This document shows, piece by piece, positions 25,104 through 37,764 of a DNA stretch of 64,000 nucleotides. Below the pieces are notes generated by a model. That model made no database searches. It was given only the letters and a program-made list of their open reading frames with translations, and was not told the DNA's origin. A program made the translations under genes and the position numbers. Source of the DNA: Octopus sinensis (Eukaryota); assembly GCF_006345805.1 (NCBI RefSeq), contig NC_043022.1, positions 18,166,001 to 18,230,000 on the forward strand. The letters are read 5' to 3'. Within the stretch, counting starts at the first letter, position 1, and the number at the start of each line of letters is the position of its first letter.

Positions 25104-26159
25104 AGAAGACACTTACCCAAGGTGCCATGCACTGAGACTGAACCTGGAACCAAGTGGTTGGGAAGCAAACTCCTTACCCCACAACCACATCTGCGCCTCT
25201 ATATTTTGTTTATAAATCCATGTTTTTTTTAATGTTCTATTACTGATACGAACGGTTCCACAAAGGAAGGCATATAACAATTTTTGGAACACTAACTTTA
25301 ATTCAATGCAGGATATGCTTCCTAATTATCCCTAATGAAGTTTTTGTGGTGTTGATTAGCCTGTATTCACGGCCACACGAAACATTCCAGAATTATTCAT
25401 GTTCGCCAACTTTTCAGTTTTGCTTTCCATTAAACTCGTTTGTTCTTCTTCATATTCAGACATTTACGCATGTCTCTTATTTATTTTATATATTCAGATT
25501 CTGTGCTTCTCTTTTACCTTTTGCTTGTTGCAGTCATTGGAGAGCGACCGTGTTTTTTTAATTTTTTTTTTATAGTCTAATACTTATGCTATCAGTTTCT
25601 TTCGCCGAGTTGCAATATTACAAGGGATTGATACCACATTATCGCCGGTGGTCGGGGACAAACACTAGCACACTCACACACACACATATATACGACGGGC
25701 TTCCGTTCCAACACTGTCGTAGAAGATACTGGCCCGATGTGCCGCGCAGTGGAACCGAACCCTAAACCGCGTGGCTGTAAAAGTAAGCATCTTATTTCTT
25801 TATTACCCACAGAGGGGACAAACAAGGACAGACAAAGGGATTAAGTCGATTACATCGACCCCTGTGCGTAACTGGTACTTAATTTATCGGCCCCGGACTA
25901 AACATTGAGGGGACAAACAAGGACAGACAAAGAGGTTAAGTCGATTACATCGATCCCTGTGCGCAACTGGTACTTAATTTATCGACCCCGGAAGGATGAA
26001 AGGGGCAAAGTCGACCACGGCGGAATTTGAACTCAGGACGTAACGGCAGACGAAATACCGCTAAGCATTTCGTCCGGCGTGCTAATGATTCTGCCACTTC
26101 GCCGCCTTATTATCTTAACCCCACCACAGTCATACCTGTCTCTCTATATTTATTTGTTG

Positions 26160-26452
26160 TTTTTCGAGCCCTGCCTGGCTCATAAGGGGCCGGCTTCGCG
26201 GTTTCATTGGCATATAGGTCTCCCACCTGGACGGGACGCCGGTCCGTCGCAGGTGAGCTGCTAGATGAAGGAGGAAAGAGTGAGAGAAAGTTGTGGTGAA
26301 AGAGTGAACAGAAATTCGCCATTATCCTCTGCCGGAGCCGCGTGGAGCTTCGGAGTTTCTCTCACAAATACACACATCGCCCGGTCTGAGATTCGAACCC
26401 GCGATCCCGCGACCGCGAGTCCGCTGCTCTAGCCTCTAAGTCATGTGCCTCC
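26160..26452 (-). mobile_element. SINE A2, older copy
   Basis: A-type head plus gcgacggaccggcgtcccgtccagg tail; 13-bp direct repeat gtctctctatatt (26138-26150 / 26457-26469). Confidence 0.78.
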
Positions 26453-26484
26453 CCACGTCTCTCTATATTATTATCTCCATTCTT

Positions 26485-26885
26485 AAGGCGGCGAGCTAGC
26501 AGAAACGTTAGCATACCGGGCGAAATGCTTAGTGGTATTTCGTCTGTCTTTACGTTCTGAGTTCAAATTCCGCCGAGGTCGACTTTGCCTTTCATCCATT
26601 CGGGCTCGATAAATTAAGTACCAGTTACGCACTGGGGTCTATGTAATCGACTTAATCCGTTTGTCTGTCCTTGTTCGTCCCCTCTATGTTTAGCCCCTTG
26701 TGGGTAGTAAAGAAATAGGTATTTCGTCTGCCGCTACGTTCCGAGTTCGAATTCTGCCGCGGTCGACTTTGCTTTCCTCCTTTCGGGGTCGATAAATTAA
26801 GTACCAGTTGCGTACGGGAGTCGATCTAATCGACTGGCACCCCTCCCCCAAAATTTCGGGCCTTGTGCCAAGAGTAAAAAAGATT
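26485..26885 (+). mobile_element. SINE C dimer
   Basis: As 24036-24436. Further C copies or fragments at ~1-100, 5082-5300, 7480-8460, 10500-11290, 15460-15655, 25790-26105, 31135-31990, 34550-34660, 45910-45990, 49430-49810, 58755-59345 and 62895-63070. Confidence 0.85.
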
Positions 26886-27129
26886 ATTATCCTCATTTTC
26901 TTCCATATATTCTCACATTCCTTTATCTTTCCTTTCTACGATTTCTATATCCTTCCCCAACTTGTTAATTCTGTGTTCCTTCAATCATCTTGCTTGTTTG
27001 TATGTAACTGTTTACAGGCGACCAATGAGACGGGTGTCTCTGTGTTCCGTTCGACTTTTAATTATTCAAATTCTTCTTCTTCTCCAAGAGAAGCTTTTTC
27101 TAACGAAGATATAAAGCTCTGCCAGTGGA

Positions 27130-27491
27130 ATGTATGTATGTATGTATGTATCTATGTATGTATGTATGAATCATTCTCTCTTAGATATATGGTTTATATA
27201 TATTGTGTGTTTGTGTGCGTGTGTGTATATGTATATATGTAGTATATAATATATATATATATATATATATAAATATATTCATTTATGTATATATGTATAT
27301 ATATTATGCATGTATGTATATACATATGTATGTAGGAGTATATATATATATATATATATCTATGTATTATATATATATTTATATGTATATTGTATATATA
27401 TGTAATATATATATAAATATATGCATGCACAATATATGTACGTATATACATGTATACATATACATTATATACACACACACACACACACACA

Positions 27492-27535
<44 letters not shown>

Positions 27536-27931
27536 AACTATTTTATTTTAGTCCTTCCCTAATGCGGTGCTGATTGGTCAGATTCTAACCTATTACAATA
27601 TGTAAATATGTATGCAGGTGTGTATGTATGTTTACGTGTGTGTGTCTGCATGTGTATCTGTCTTTACAATCTCCTACAAACGAATGCAAAGCGAGAAACC
27701 AAATTACATGCGGACACACGGACACACACACACAAACACTAATATATACTTTTACTCACAAGCACACACACGCACACTCAGTTGTGGTTAAAATAAATGG
27801 ACAAACGAGGACTGTAGTACGCTCAAACGCATGCGCACAGGCATGCGTGAACACAGTAAGAAACCCTGAACCGAAAAGAAAGAACATTAAGAATACAGAT
27901 TAAGTTTATACATACATATATACATATACAC

Positions 27932-27963
<32 letters not shown>

Positions 27964-28136
27964 TAATATATACATACATATATATAACATACATATATAT
28001 ATATATATATATATACATACATATATAGATATATATAGATGTATGTATAGATATATATATACATATATATACATATATATATATATATTGTATATATATA
28101 TATATATACATGCATATATATATATGTATATATATG

Positions 28137-28191
<55 letters not shown>

Positions 28192-28330
28192 TATATATAT
28201 ATATATATATATATATCTATATATATATATATATAATATATATATCTATATAGTGTTATACATATATAAACCTAATCTGTATTCTTAATTTTTTTCTTTG
28301 TATGTATGTATGTATATGTATATTTATTTA
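27130..28330. repeat. (TA)-rich low-complexity blocks
   Basis: Direct reading. Confidence 0.9.
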
Positions 28331-28542
28331 TATTTTCAGAAATGTTAAATGGGGTTAGCAAATGACTATTTTCCAAAATCATCCTCCTCCTCCTCATCAT
28401 CATCATCATCATCATCATTAGTATATTAAATACATTATTTTGAAAATTTTTCCCATTTAGTTTCTAAATAAGGAAAGAAATGAATGAGTTTGTTTTCTTT
28501 CTTTGCTCTGTCGTGTCCTTTTATATCTTTCTATATACAAAC

Positions 28543-28613
<71 letters not shown>

Positions 28614-28618
28614 CTAAC

Positions 28619-28656
<38 letters not shown>

Positions 28657-28674
28657 GAAGAAGAAGAAGAAGAA

Positions 28675-29140
28675 GAAAGACCAAAACAATAAAGTTTGCT
28701 TATTGATCGACATGAGCATCCCCTGTGATCATAATATCTCAGCCAAAGAGTTTGACAAGCTCAGAAAATATAAAGACCTACTCGTTGAAATTGAGAAAAT
28801 GTGGCATCTCAAGGCGGTTACAATACCAGTGATCGTAGGAGCACTAGGAATGATCAAGAGGGAACCGAAAATTATATGAGAATGATCCCTGGCTTACCAT
28901 CCCTGCAAGAAGTGCAAAAGATTGTCTTAACTGGTACATCACACGTATTGAGAAGAGCATTGTCGATGTGAGAACTGTTGCTGCTCATGTATTTTAATTA
29001 ACCTTAAAAAAAATTTTTTAAATGAACGAACTATTGAGTTTGATTAATGGCCTACCAAGTATCCTATGAGTTTCTTTGCCCTAGGAGTCGGGAAGACACT
29101 CGGCAAGAAATGGAAGCAAATTTGAAAGAAGAAAAAAAAA
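28675..29140 (+). mobile_element. R4/Dong-type 3' end, subfamily Y
   Basis: KVCLLIDMSIPCDHNISAKEFDKLRKYKDLLVEIEKMWHLKAVTIPVIVGALGMI..VQKIVLTGTSHVLRRALSM-stop; (AAT)n upstream, A-run then (AAT)n downstream. Confidence 0.85.
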
Positions 29141-29204
29141 GTAATAATAATAATAATAATAATAACAATAATAACAAAACAACAAAAATAATAGTAATAA
29201 TCTT

Positions 29205-29697
29205 TTTTACTCTCGGCACGTGGCCCAAAATTATGGGGGTGGGGGGGCCAGTCGATTAGATCGACCCAAGTACGCAACTGGTACTTAATTTATCAACCCC
29301 GAAAGAATGAAAGGCAAAGTCGACCTCGGCAGAATTTGAACTCGGAACGTGGAGACAGACGAAATGCCTCTAAGCATTCTGTCAACTTGTCACCATAATA
29401 ATGATAATAATAATAATGATAATAATAATAATAATAATAACAATAATAATAATAATAATAACAATAATAACAACAATAATAATAGTAATAATCGTTTTTA
29501 CTCTCGGCACGTGGCCCAAAATTTTGGGGAAGGGGGGTGCCAGTCGATTAGATCGACCCAAGTACGCAACTGGTACTTAATTTATCGACCCCGAAAGAAT
29601 GAAAGGCAAAGTCGACCTCAGCGGAATTTGAACTCGGAACGTGAAGACAGACGAAATATGCCTCTCAGCATTCTGTCAACTTGTCACCTTAATAATG

Positions 29698-29737
<40 letters not shown>

Positions 29738-30525
29738 CAATGATAATAACAAGAACAACAACAACAATAATAATGATAGTAATAATCTTTTTTACTCTCG
29801 GCACGTGGCCCAAAATTTTGGCGGAGGGGGGTGCCAGTCGATTAGATCGACCCAAGTACGCAACTGGTACTTAATTTGTCAACCCCGAAAGAATGAAAGG
29901 CAAAGTCGACCTCGGCGGAATTTGAACTCGGAACGTGAAGACAGACGAAATATGCCTCTAAGCATTCTGTCAACTTGTCACCTTAATAATAATAATAATA
30001 ATAATACTAATAACAATAATAATAACAACAACAACAACAATAATAATAATATTTTTTACTCTCGGCACGTGGGCCAAAATTTTGGGGAAGGGGGCCAGTC
30101 GATTATATCGACCCAAGTACGCAACTGGTACTTAATTTATCAACCCCGAACGAATGAAAGGCAAAGTCGACCTCGGCGGAATTTGAACTCGGAACGTGGA
30201 GACAGACGAAATATGCCTCTAAGCATTCTGTCAACTTGTCACCTTAATAACGATAATAATAATTATAATAATAATAATAATAATAATAATAATTATAATA
30301 ATAACAACAATAATAATAACAACAACAACAATAATAATAGTAATAACCTTTTTTACTCTCGGCACGTGGCCCAAAATTTTGGGGAAGGGAGGGCTAGTCG
30401 ATTAGATCGACCCAAGCACACAACTGGTATTTAATTTATCGACCCCAAAAGAATGAAAGGCAAAGTCGACCTCGGGACGTAAAGACAGACGAAATGCCTC
30501 TAAGCATTCTGTCAACTTGTCACCT
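29205..30525 (-). repeat. Five tandem copies of a ~190-bp SINE C derivative separated by variable (AAT/AAC)n tracts
   Basis: Units start at about 29205, 29495, 29790, 30053 and 30350 and share private head changes (gcctctaagcattctgtcaacttgtcacc). Confidence 0.9.
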
Positions 30526-30541
30526 TAATAATGATAATAAC

Positions 30542-30604
<63 letters not shown>

Positions 30605-31087
30605 AATATTATTATTATTGATAATAATAATATTAAGTCGAAAAAATCAATCAAAAAACTACCTCACCATTCAAGGAATATACAAATAATGGTAATATCA
30701 ACATGAAAACGTTTAACACAGAACCTGTCACAAGTTTTCTGTTTATTTATTTGTGATAATCCGTTGGAGGAAATACTTGAGTTTATTCAAACAAGATCCC
30801 CTGCGGCGTTTTGTGGAAGGGCTGTATATTAATTCTTAGAAATGGTTCGGAGGAAAAAACATTGTGTAAACAAATCCAAAAAACTGCGGGTAACGAGAGA
30901 TTGTGAGCGAAAAAGTAATAAATAAATAAATATATATATATATAAATGAATGCGCAAGTAAATATACATGTAAATATTTTTAAAATCGTACAAAAAAAAA
31001 ATAATCAACACAAAAAAAAAAAAATTGAAACCAACGCAACAGAAAATTAACAAAAAACGAATTTATAACGTAATAATAATAATAATA

Positions 31088-31135
<48 letters not shown>

Positions 31136-31365
31136 TAATGGTTTCGAATTTTGGTTCGAGACCAGCAGTGAGTTACAGGCAAAGGGGGGGGGGTAAGTCG
31201 ATTATATCGACACCAGTGCTTAACTGGTACTTGTTTTATCGAACCCCTGGAAGGATGAAAGGCAAAAATCGACCACGACGGAATTTGAACTCAGAACGTA
31301 GCGACGGGCGAAATACTGCTAAGCATTTCGCCCGGCGGGTTAACGAGTATAACAGCTCGTCACTT

Positions 31366-31418
<53 letters not shown>

Positions 31419-31710
31419 CAATAACAACAATAACAACAATAATAATAATGATAATTCTTTCTACTGGAAGCACAAGGACCTCGGAATTTTGTGGGAGAGG
31501 TCTGCTCGATTACATTGACCCCAGTGTTTCACAGGTACTCAATTTATCGACCCCGAAAGGATGTAAGGCAAAGACGACCTCGGCGGAATTTGAACTCAGA
31601 ACGTAACGACAGACGAAACACTGCTATGCATTTCGCCCGACGTACTAACGTTTCTGCCAGCTCACCGCCTTATAGTAGTAGTAATAATAATAATAATGTT
31701 ATTATTATTA

Positions 31711-31743
<33 letters not shown>

Positions 31744-32039
31744 CATTATCATCATCATCATTATTATTATTACTGAGGCGACAAGCTGGCAGAATCGTTA
31801 GCACGCCGACCGAAATGCTTAGCGGTATTTCGCCCGTCGCTATGTTCTGAGTTCAAATTCCGCTGTGGTCGACTTTGCCTTTCATCCTTTCGGAGTCGAT
31901 AAATTAAGTACCAGTTACGTACTGGGATCGATTTAATCGACTAGCCCCCTCCCCTAAAATTTCAGGCCTTGTGCCTATAATAAAAAGGAAATTATTATTA
32001 TTATTATTATCATCATTATTATTATTATTATTATTATTT

Positions 32040-32344
32040 GATGAAAACTCACAGCTTATTTTGCTGGGTATGATGGAAAGTGTCGGGTGTCCACAGCCAG
32101 CAGACTAAGGTGACACTTGTTTACTGGTCATGCTTCAAGAACCCTCTGAAGAATTCTTACAGTTCCAAGCAATGCTGATTTTTCTAGGTGTTCTACCTTC
32201 ACACTTGCACCAATCTTTTTCAGCCATGCTTGTATTATTATTATTACTATTATTGTTGTTGTTGTTGTTGTTCCTTCGTAACACAGTGTAGGTAAAAATG
32301 CACCGGGGTCTTTAGTAATCTGTCAAGTCACAACAAGGACCTCA

Positions 32345-32345
<1 letters not shown>
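32040..32345 (-). mobile_element. Subfamily W 3' end plus a second ~70-bp retro-type 3' tip (copy 1 of a direct duplication)
   Basis: AWLKKIGASVKVEHLEKSALLGTVRILQRVLEA-stop on the minus strand; duplicated at 32978-33290. Confidence 0.78.
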
Positions 32346-32377
<32 letters not shown>

Positions 32378-32931
32378 GAGTGAGCGAGCAGAGCATGCCA
32401 TCAAAGTGACACTGGGGTAAAATATACGAAGCCCAGTATACCCATCATGACTACCCGTCTGATAAGGGTACACCAGGCACATGCATCACAACCATATGTG
32501 CGCGACATGGTGATCTCATATCAAGATAAACAGCACATGACCTTGCAAATGGAGCCCAGTTAGAATTTTCTTCAGATCGAGTAACCTATCCCGCTCAAAA
32601 GGTCCCTGAATAAGGGTTGTTTAAGGACGTTGAACGAAACACCCATGTTTCCAGAGGTGAATTATTCAAACCCCAAAGAATCCTTCACAACAGATGGCTA
32701 TGATGCTCCCCCACTACTTCTGCTCATGATCAGAGATGCACATATCGTCAGCCACTAAGGGACATGCTCAACTGGTTAAGGTCAAACAACTGACAAGCAA
32801 ATCTGTGGTATTGAGCAGAATATTTGCTGTAGCCCATCTTTTATACCAAGACAAAACAATGTACACGATAACACTTCCAATCAGTTAAGATCAGAAGCCA
32901 TGAGAGCCACTGCCTGGTACTGCATCAGGGC
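32378..32931 (-). mobile_element. 554-bp non-coding element embedded in (AAT)n; putative non-autonomous passenger
   Basis: Pure (ATT)n on both sides. Its terminal ~48 bp recurs alone at 15704-15751 (+), again followed by (AAT)n. Confidence 0.6.
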
Positions 32932-32976
<45 letters not shown>

Positions 32977-32977
32977 G

Positions 32978-33290
32978 TAATGAAAACTCACAGCTTATTT
33001 TGCTGGGTATGATGGAAAGTGTCGGCTGTCTACAGCCAGCAGACTAAGGAGACACTTGTTTACTGGTCATGCTCCAAGAACCCTCTGAAGAATTCTTACA
33101 GTTCCAAACAATGCCGATTTTTGTAGATGTTCTCCCTTCACACTTGCACCAATCTTTTTCAGCCATGTTGGTATTATTATTATTATTATTATTGTTGTTG
33201 TTGTTGTTGTTCCTTCGTAACACAGTGTAGGTAAAAATGCACCGGGGTCTTTAGTTATCTGTCAAGTCACAACAAGGACCTCAATTATTA
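32978..33290 (-). mobile_element. Copy 2 of the W + 70-bp-tip duplication
   Basis: About 13 substitutions versus 32040-32345, with the same truncation points. Confidence 0.78.
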
Positions 33291-33302
33291 TTATTATTAT
33301 TA

Positions 33303-33344
<42 letters not shown>

Positions 33345-33348
<4 letters not shown>

Positions 33349-33470
33349 TAGTTTTATTTTTATAGCGTGCTTTCACTTCACTACCGAGCGCAGCTCTGTG
33401 TGCCTTGGGTATGTGCTGTGATTTGTTGTGATGCTTTTATGGTTACTGTATTGAAAGTGTTTTGCGTAGT
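33345..33470 (-). mobile_element. RLE non-LTR 3' end (subfamily U)
   Basis: Minus strand LRKTLSIQ-stop, ~100-bp UTR with AATAAA, then (AAT)n. Confidence 0.6.
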
Positions 33471-34124
33471 AAGCAAAACCTTATGCCTTTTTGGCTTTAT
33501 TTGCGGGACATGAAAAACAACGTCCGGCCCATTATTTTGACGGCCATCTTTTTCGTAGGGAACCGGTCCGTTCATTTCTGTTGTCAAATTGTTTTACGTG
33601 TAGTTTTTCGTACTTTTTGTGTAACAACTTCCCGATTGTTATTCTTGGGTTGAATTATACCGGTATTATATAATTCATTTGTAATTTTTTTGTACATGGT
33701 GTTTGGGGCCGGAGATGGTCTGGTGTTGATGGATCGTAATGTATCAAGCATGTTCGCATGTGCTGTGTGGGCAGTGGAGATGATAACCAGTTAACATACA
33801 TCATTTCATTTGGAAAATAGTAATAAATTTCAATGAGTATTACTTACTCGGATATAGTCCAACCCTTTGTCAGCTATTTTTTGGCTCCATGCGACGTCTT
33901 TATCTCCAGTGTTTGTGGATAGATTTCGGAGCAGCGTTTTATCGCTCTCACATGTTAAACGTCCCCCGGTGTCTTCTTGCTAAACGTCCCCGGTGTCTTC
34001 TTGCTAAACGTCCCCGGTGTCTTCTTGTTAAACGTCCCCGGTGTCGTCGTCGTCGTCTTCGTCTTCTTCTTCTTCTTCTTCTTCTTCTTCTTCTCTTCTT
34101 CTTCTTCTTCTTCTTCTTCTTCTT

Positions 34125-34155
<31 letters not shown>

Positions 34156-34165
34156 TCATCATCCC

Positions 34166-34196
<31 letters not shown>

Positions 34197-34654
34197 TCAT
34201 CATCATCATCATCATTATTAGTTTTTGTTGTAACTCCCGAAGTCTTGCACGCATAGCAGTCTTACTACCCGCAGCATAGAGTACCATGCTATTCGTTCTT
34301 TTCAACTATCTAATAGGCAAACTTTTCGTCGATGCTTCCTATGGCTAAACAACGGTGGGGTAATTCCCTTACGGGACTGTCACGTTAGGTTGACAGTATA
34401 AAACCACTCTATCGCTCCACCACCGTACATATCTCTATGAGATATTTAGAAATTTAATATTTCTGATTTTCGTAACAGTTTTATTGGATATTCTATTCCA
34501 ATTTCCTTTATATTCCTCACGATGCCTTCTGATACTGTTTCCAACGAACTTATTTTATCGACCCCGAAAGGATGAAAGGTAAAGTCAACCTCGGCCGAAT
34601 TTGAATTCAGATCATAAAAACGGACGAAATGTCTCTAAGCATTTCATCCGGCTT

Positions 34655-35570
34655 GACATTCAAAGATGTCAACTTCAAGACAACACTGGATGAACTGGAA
34701 CTGCCTGTCTGGAATGCTTTCAATTGGATCTGTGAGAATTTCTTCGGCAACAAGAAGGCAACAGACAGCAAAGATGGCGTCAAGAATCTTCTGAAATGTT
34801 ACTCAGCAATGGGTTGTGTCGCACTTCACTGAAAGCTCACTTCTTGGACTCCCGTCTGGATTTCTTCGCGGATAACCTTGGAGCAGTGTCTGATAAACAT
34901 GGTGAACGATTTCCCCTGGCGAGCTGGCAGACACGTTAGCGCGCCGGGCGAAATGCTTAGCGGTATTTCGTCTGCCGTTACGTCCTGAGTTCAAATTCCG
35001 CCGAGGTTGACTTTGCCTTTCATCCTTTCGGGGTCGATAAATTAAGTACCAGTTACGCACTGGGGTCGATGTAATCGACTTAATCCGTTTGTCTGTCCTT
35101 GTTTGTCTCCTCTGTGTGTAGCCCCTTGTGGGTAATAAAGAAACGGATTTCCCCTGGACATTAGAGCTATGGAGAAACGGTACCAAGGCTTCTGAAATGA
35201 TAGTACGCTGGTTGACCACCACTGGACACTTTACCGTGATCAACGAGGTCAGGAACTCCAAATCACAATGTTTCTAACTCTATTGTTCTTTGTCGGTTCG
35301 TCTGACCCATTTTTCGTGTATTCTCTCTTCGTGGAATGATTGTGAGGATTTTTAACTCAATAAACTCATTTAATTTCTAAAAACATGTTCTTATTTATTA
35401 CGTTAATGATTTCATATAAATACAAATACGTCAATATTTGCAAGTCTCTACTGAAAAACTGATACGTGTTGCATACAAATGGAGTGAATTTTGAAATCAG
35501 CATGAAAAATTAGTCTAGAAAAGTTGGTTTGCACTCCTAATGAGTAGAATACATTTTATTTTGTTGACCA
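34655..35570 (+). pseudogene. DNA-transposon protein relic split by SINE C
   Basis: Frameshifted ..NLLKCYSAMGC..SLKAHFLDSRLDFFADNLGAVSDKHGERFP|LDIRAMEKRYQG..HWTLYRD; motif of a widespread eukaryotic transposon-associated family, superfamily not assignable by eye. Confidence 0.65.
34918..35145 (+). mobile_element. SINE C monomer inserted into a transposase relic
   Basis: 12-bp TSD gatttcccctgg (34908-34919 / 35146-35157). Confidence 0.88.
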
Positions 35571-36074
35571 ATATTACAAGCTGAACTGGCAATGGTTCCT
35601 TTCCTGTATGCAGAACAGCCAAATAGGTTATCACCGTTTCAAATATTTAACTATTATTGCTAACATCACTTTCCCCAGTGGAAATAACACAGTGGCTTGA
35701 GCCGTAAAAGCATTGTATGTATGTATGTATCATGTATGTGTGTGTGTGTGTGTGTGTCTTCTATTTTTTAAAAATTATTATAAATCTTCTACTGAGGAAG
35801 GAACTGGTTTCCAACAAACACACGAGGCTCTATCTTTGGGATGTAGTTAACACAGGCAAATTCACATTTGGAACTTGAGAAAAGTCTTGCATATTTTTAC
35901 TGTTCCACTCACAGATTGCACTTGTAATGTACGAATTAGCTGGTCGATTTCTCTTTCTGAAAATCCCAGTTTATCCAGATTCTCCTTTAAGCATTTACTA
36001 ACAAAACCTAGTGCTCCAATTATCATTGGTATGAATATGAATTCATAGCCTGGATAGAGAAGCTGGAGGTTCTA

Positions 36075-37015
36075 TGTATGTATGTATGTATGTATGTATG
36101 TATGTATGTATGTATGTATGTATGTATGTATGTATGTATGTGTGTGTGTATGTATGTCATTATTCAGTTTTATTTCAAGATTTCTTGCCAATAGAGAAAG
36201 AGCTGGTTTCTAACCTTGATTCAATTCTCCTTCATCAAAATTTCAACAGGGTATTTTTTGTTTGTATGTATGTTTGTTTATATCTATGTGTGCAGATTTG
36301 TATGTTTTTCTTTGTGTATGTATTCTTATGTATATAGTTGCATATCTAGACATGCGCGTATATATTTAAATGATAAACTTCTGGAAAGTTTTACAGATTT
36401 TTACAGTTCCAGTGATGGATTGGATCTGTAGTCTTCCAACCAGAGTTCTCTTTTCTGGTTTTGAGAAGTTTAATTTTTCAAGACTGGTATTTAGGCAGTG
36501 TGTTACATGCCCTAATGTCTGTCTGTCTGTCTGTCTCTCTGTCTGTATGTATGTATGAGTGTGTGTGTATGTATGTATGTATGTATGTATGTATGTATGT
36601 ATGTATGTATGTGTGTATGTATGTATCTATGTATGTATGTATGAGTGTGTGTGTATGTATGTATGTATGTATGTATGTGTGTGTGTGTATGTATGTGTGT
36701 ATGTATGAGTGTGTGTGTGTGTATGTATGTGTATGTATGTATGTATGTATGTATGTATGCATGTATGTATGTATGAGTGTGTGTGTATGTATGTATGTAT
36801 GTATGAGTGTGTGTGTGTGTATGTATGTGTGTATGTATGAGTGTGTGTGTGTGTATGTATGTGTGTATGTATGAGTGTGTGTGTGTGTATGTATGTGTGT
36901 ATGTATCTATGTATGTATGTATGTATGTATGTATGTATGTATGTATGTATGTGTGTATGTATGTATGTATGTATGTATGTATGTATGTATGTGAGCATGT
37001 ATGTATGTGTGCGTG
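36075..37015. repeat. (GTAT)n/(GT)n compound blocks
   Basis: Direct reading. Confidence 0.9.
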
Positions 37016-37142
37016 TATAACCAATGGTGGTTTCTTAATGCAACAGTAGCAGTGTCTAGCTGTTAGCTAATAACTTTCTTAAGTAATAATATTGTTATTT
37101 CATTATCTAACATTATCAATTAATAATATTGATTAACCCAAG

Positions 37143-37432
37143 CAAGGTGCATGATCCAGAGGTTTAGGTGTTGACTCACGATGTCTAGACTGTGGGTTCG
37201 ATTCTCAAATCGAACTGCACGTGTGTTCTTGAGCAAAACACTTCATTTAACGTTGCCCCAGTCCACTCAACTGTAAAAAGGGTAACCCTGCAACCGACTG
37301 GCCTTCCGATCAGGGGGGAATGTTGGCCTGCTTGCCTAGCCAGCGGGATGACATCATTCTTAAGCTAGAGCGATGCGAAGCGCATTGTGACCAGCGATGT
37401 ATAACAGCACTCGATAGTCTGGTCGATACCAG
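37143..37432 (+). mobile_element. SINE D2 (D middle plus A2-like core)
   Basis: tRNA-like head (gggttcgattc), cttgagcaaaacactt..ccagtccactcaactg, then ccctgcaaccgactggccttccgatcagggggg. Confidence 0.65.
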
Positions 37433-37764
37433 TGATACCATGCGATACCACGAATCAACAGTATAGCAATTTTGTTAGTTAACAGTACAACTGTTTTATC
37501 AGTTAACAATGTGGCTGTTTAGTTAGTGAACACTGTAACTGTTTTGCTGGTTAACAGTTTATATTTTGTTAGTTAACAAGGCAGATGCATCGTTGGTTAA
37601 CAATGTAGCTCTTTGTTAGTTAACAGTATCGCTAAGTACTTGTTAACTGTATAGCTGTTCCGGTTGTTAACATTTTGTTTTTGTAGTCAGCGGTCCAGCT
37701 GTTTTGTGGTTAACGATGTAGATGTATTATTAGTTAACGAGATAATGTTTTGTTAATTAACAAC

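Noticed and set aside
29349-30434. 361-aa repetitive ORF and CRISPR-like repeat/spacer look
   Set aside because: Units are ~190-bp SINE derivatives, spacers are microsatellites, the context is eukaryotic and there are no cas genes.
32875-32931. U2 snRNA-like words (atcagttaagatcag; cctggtactgca..cagg) at the end of the 554-bp element
   Set aside because: Two short patches with wrong spacing and no Sm site or branch-pairing region; an Infernal U2 search would settle it.
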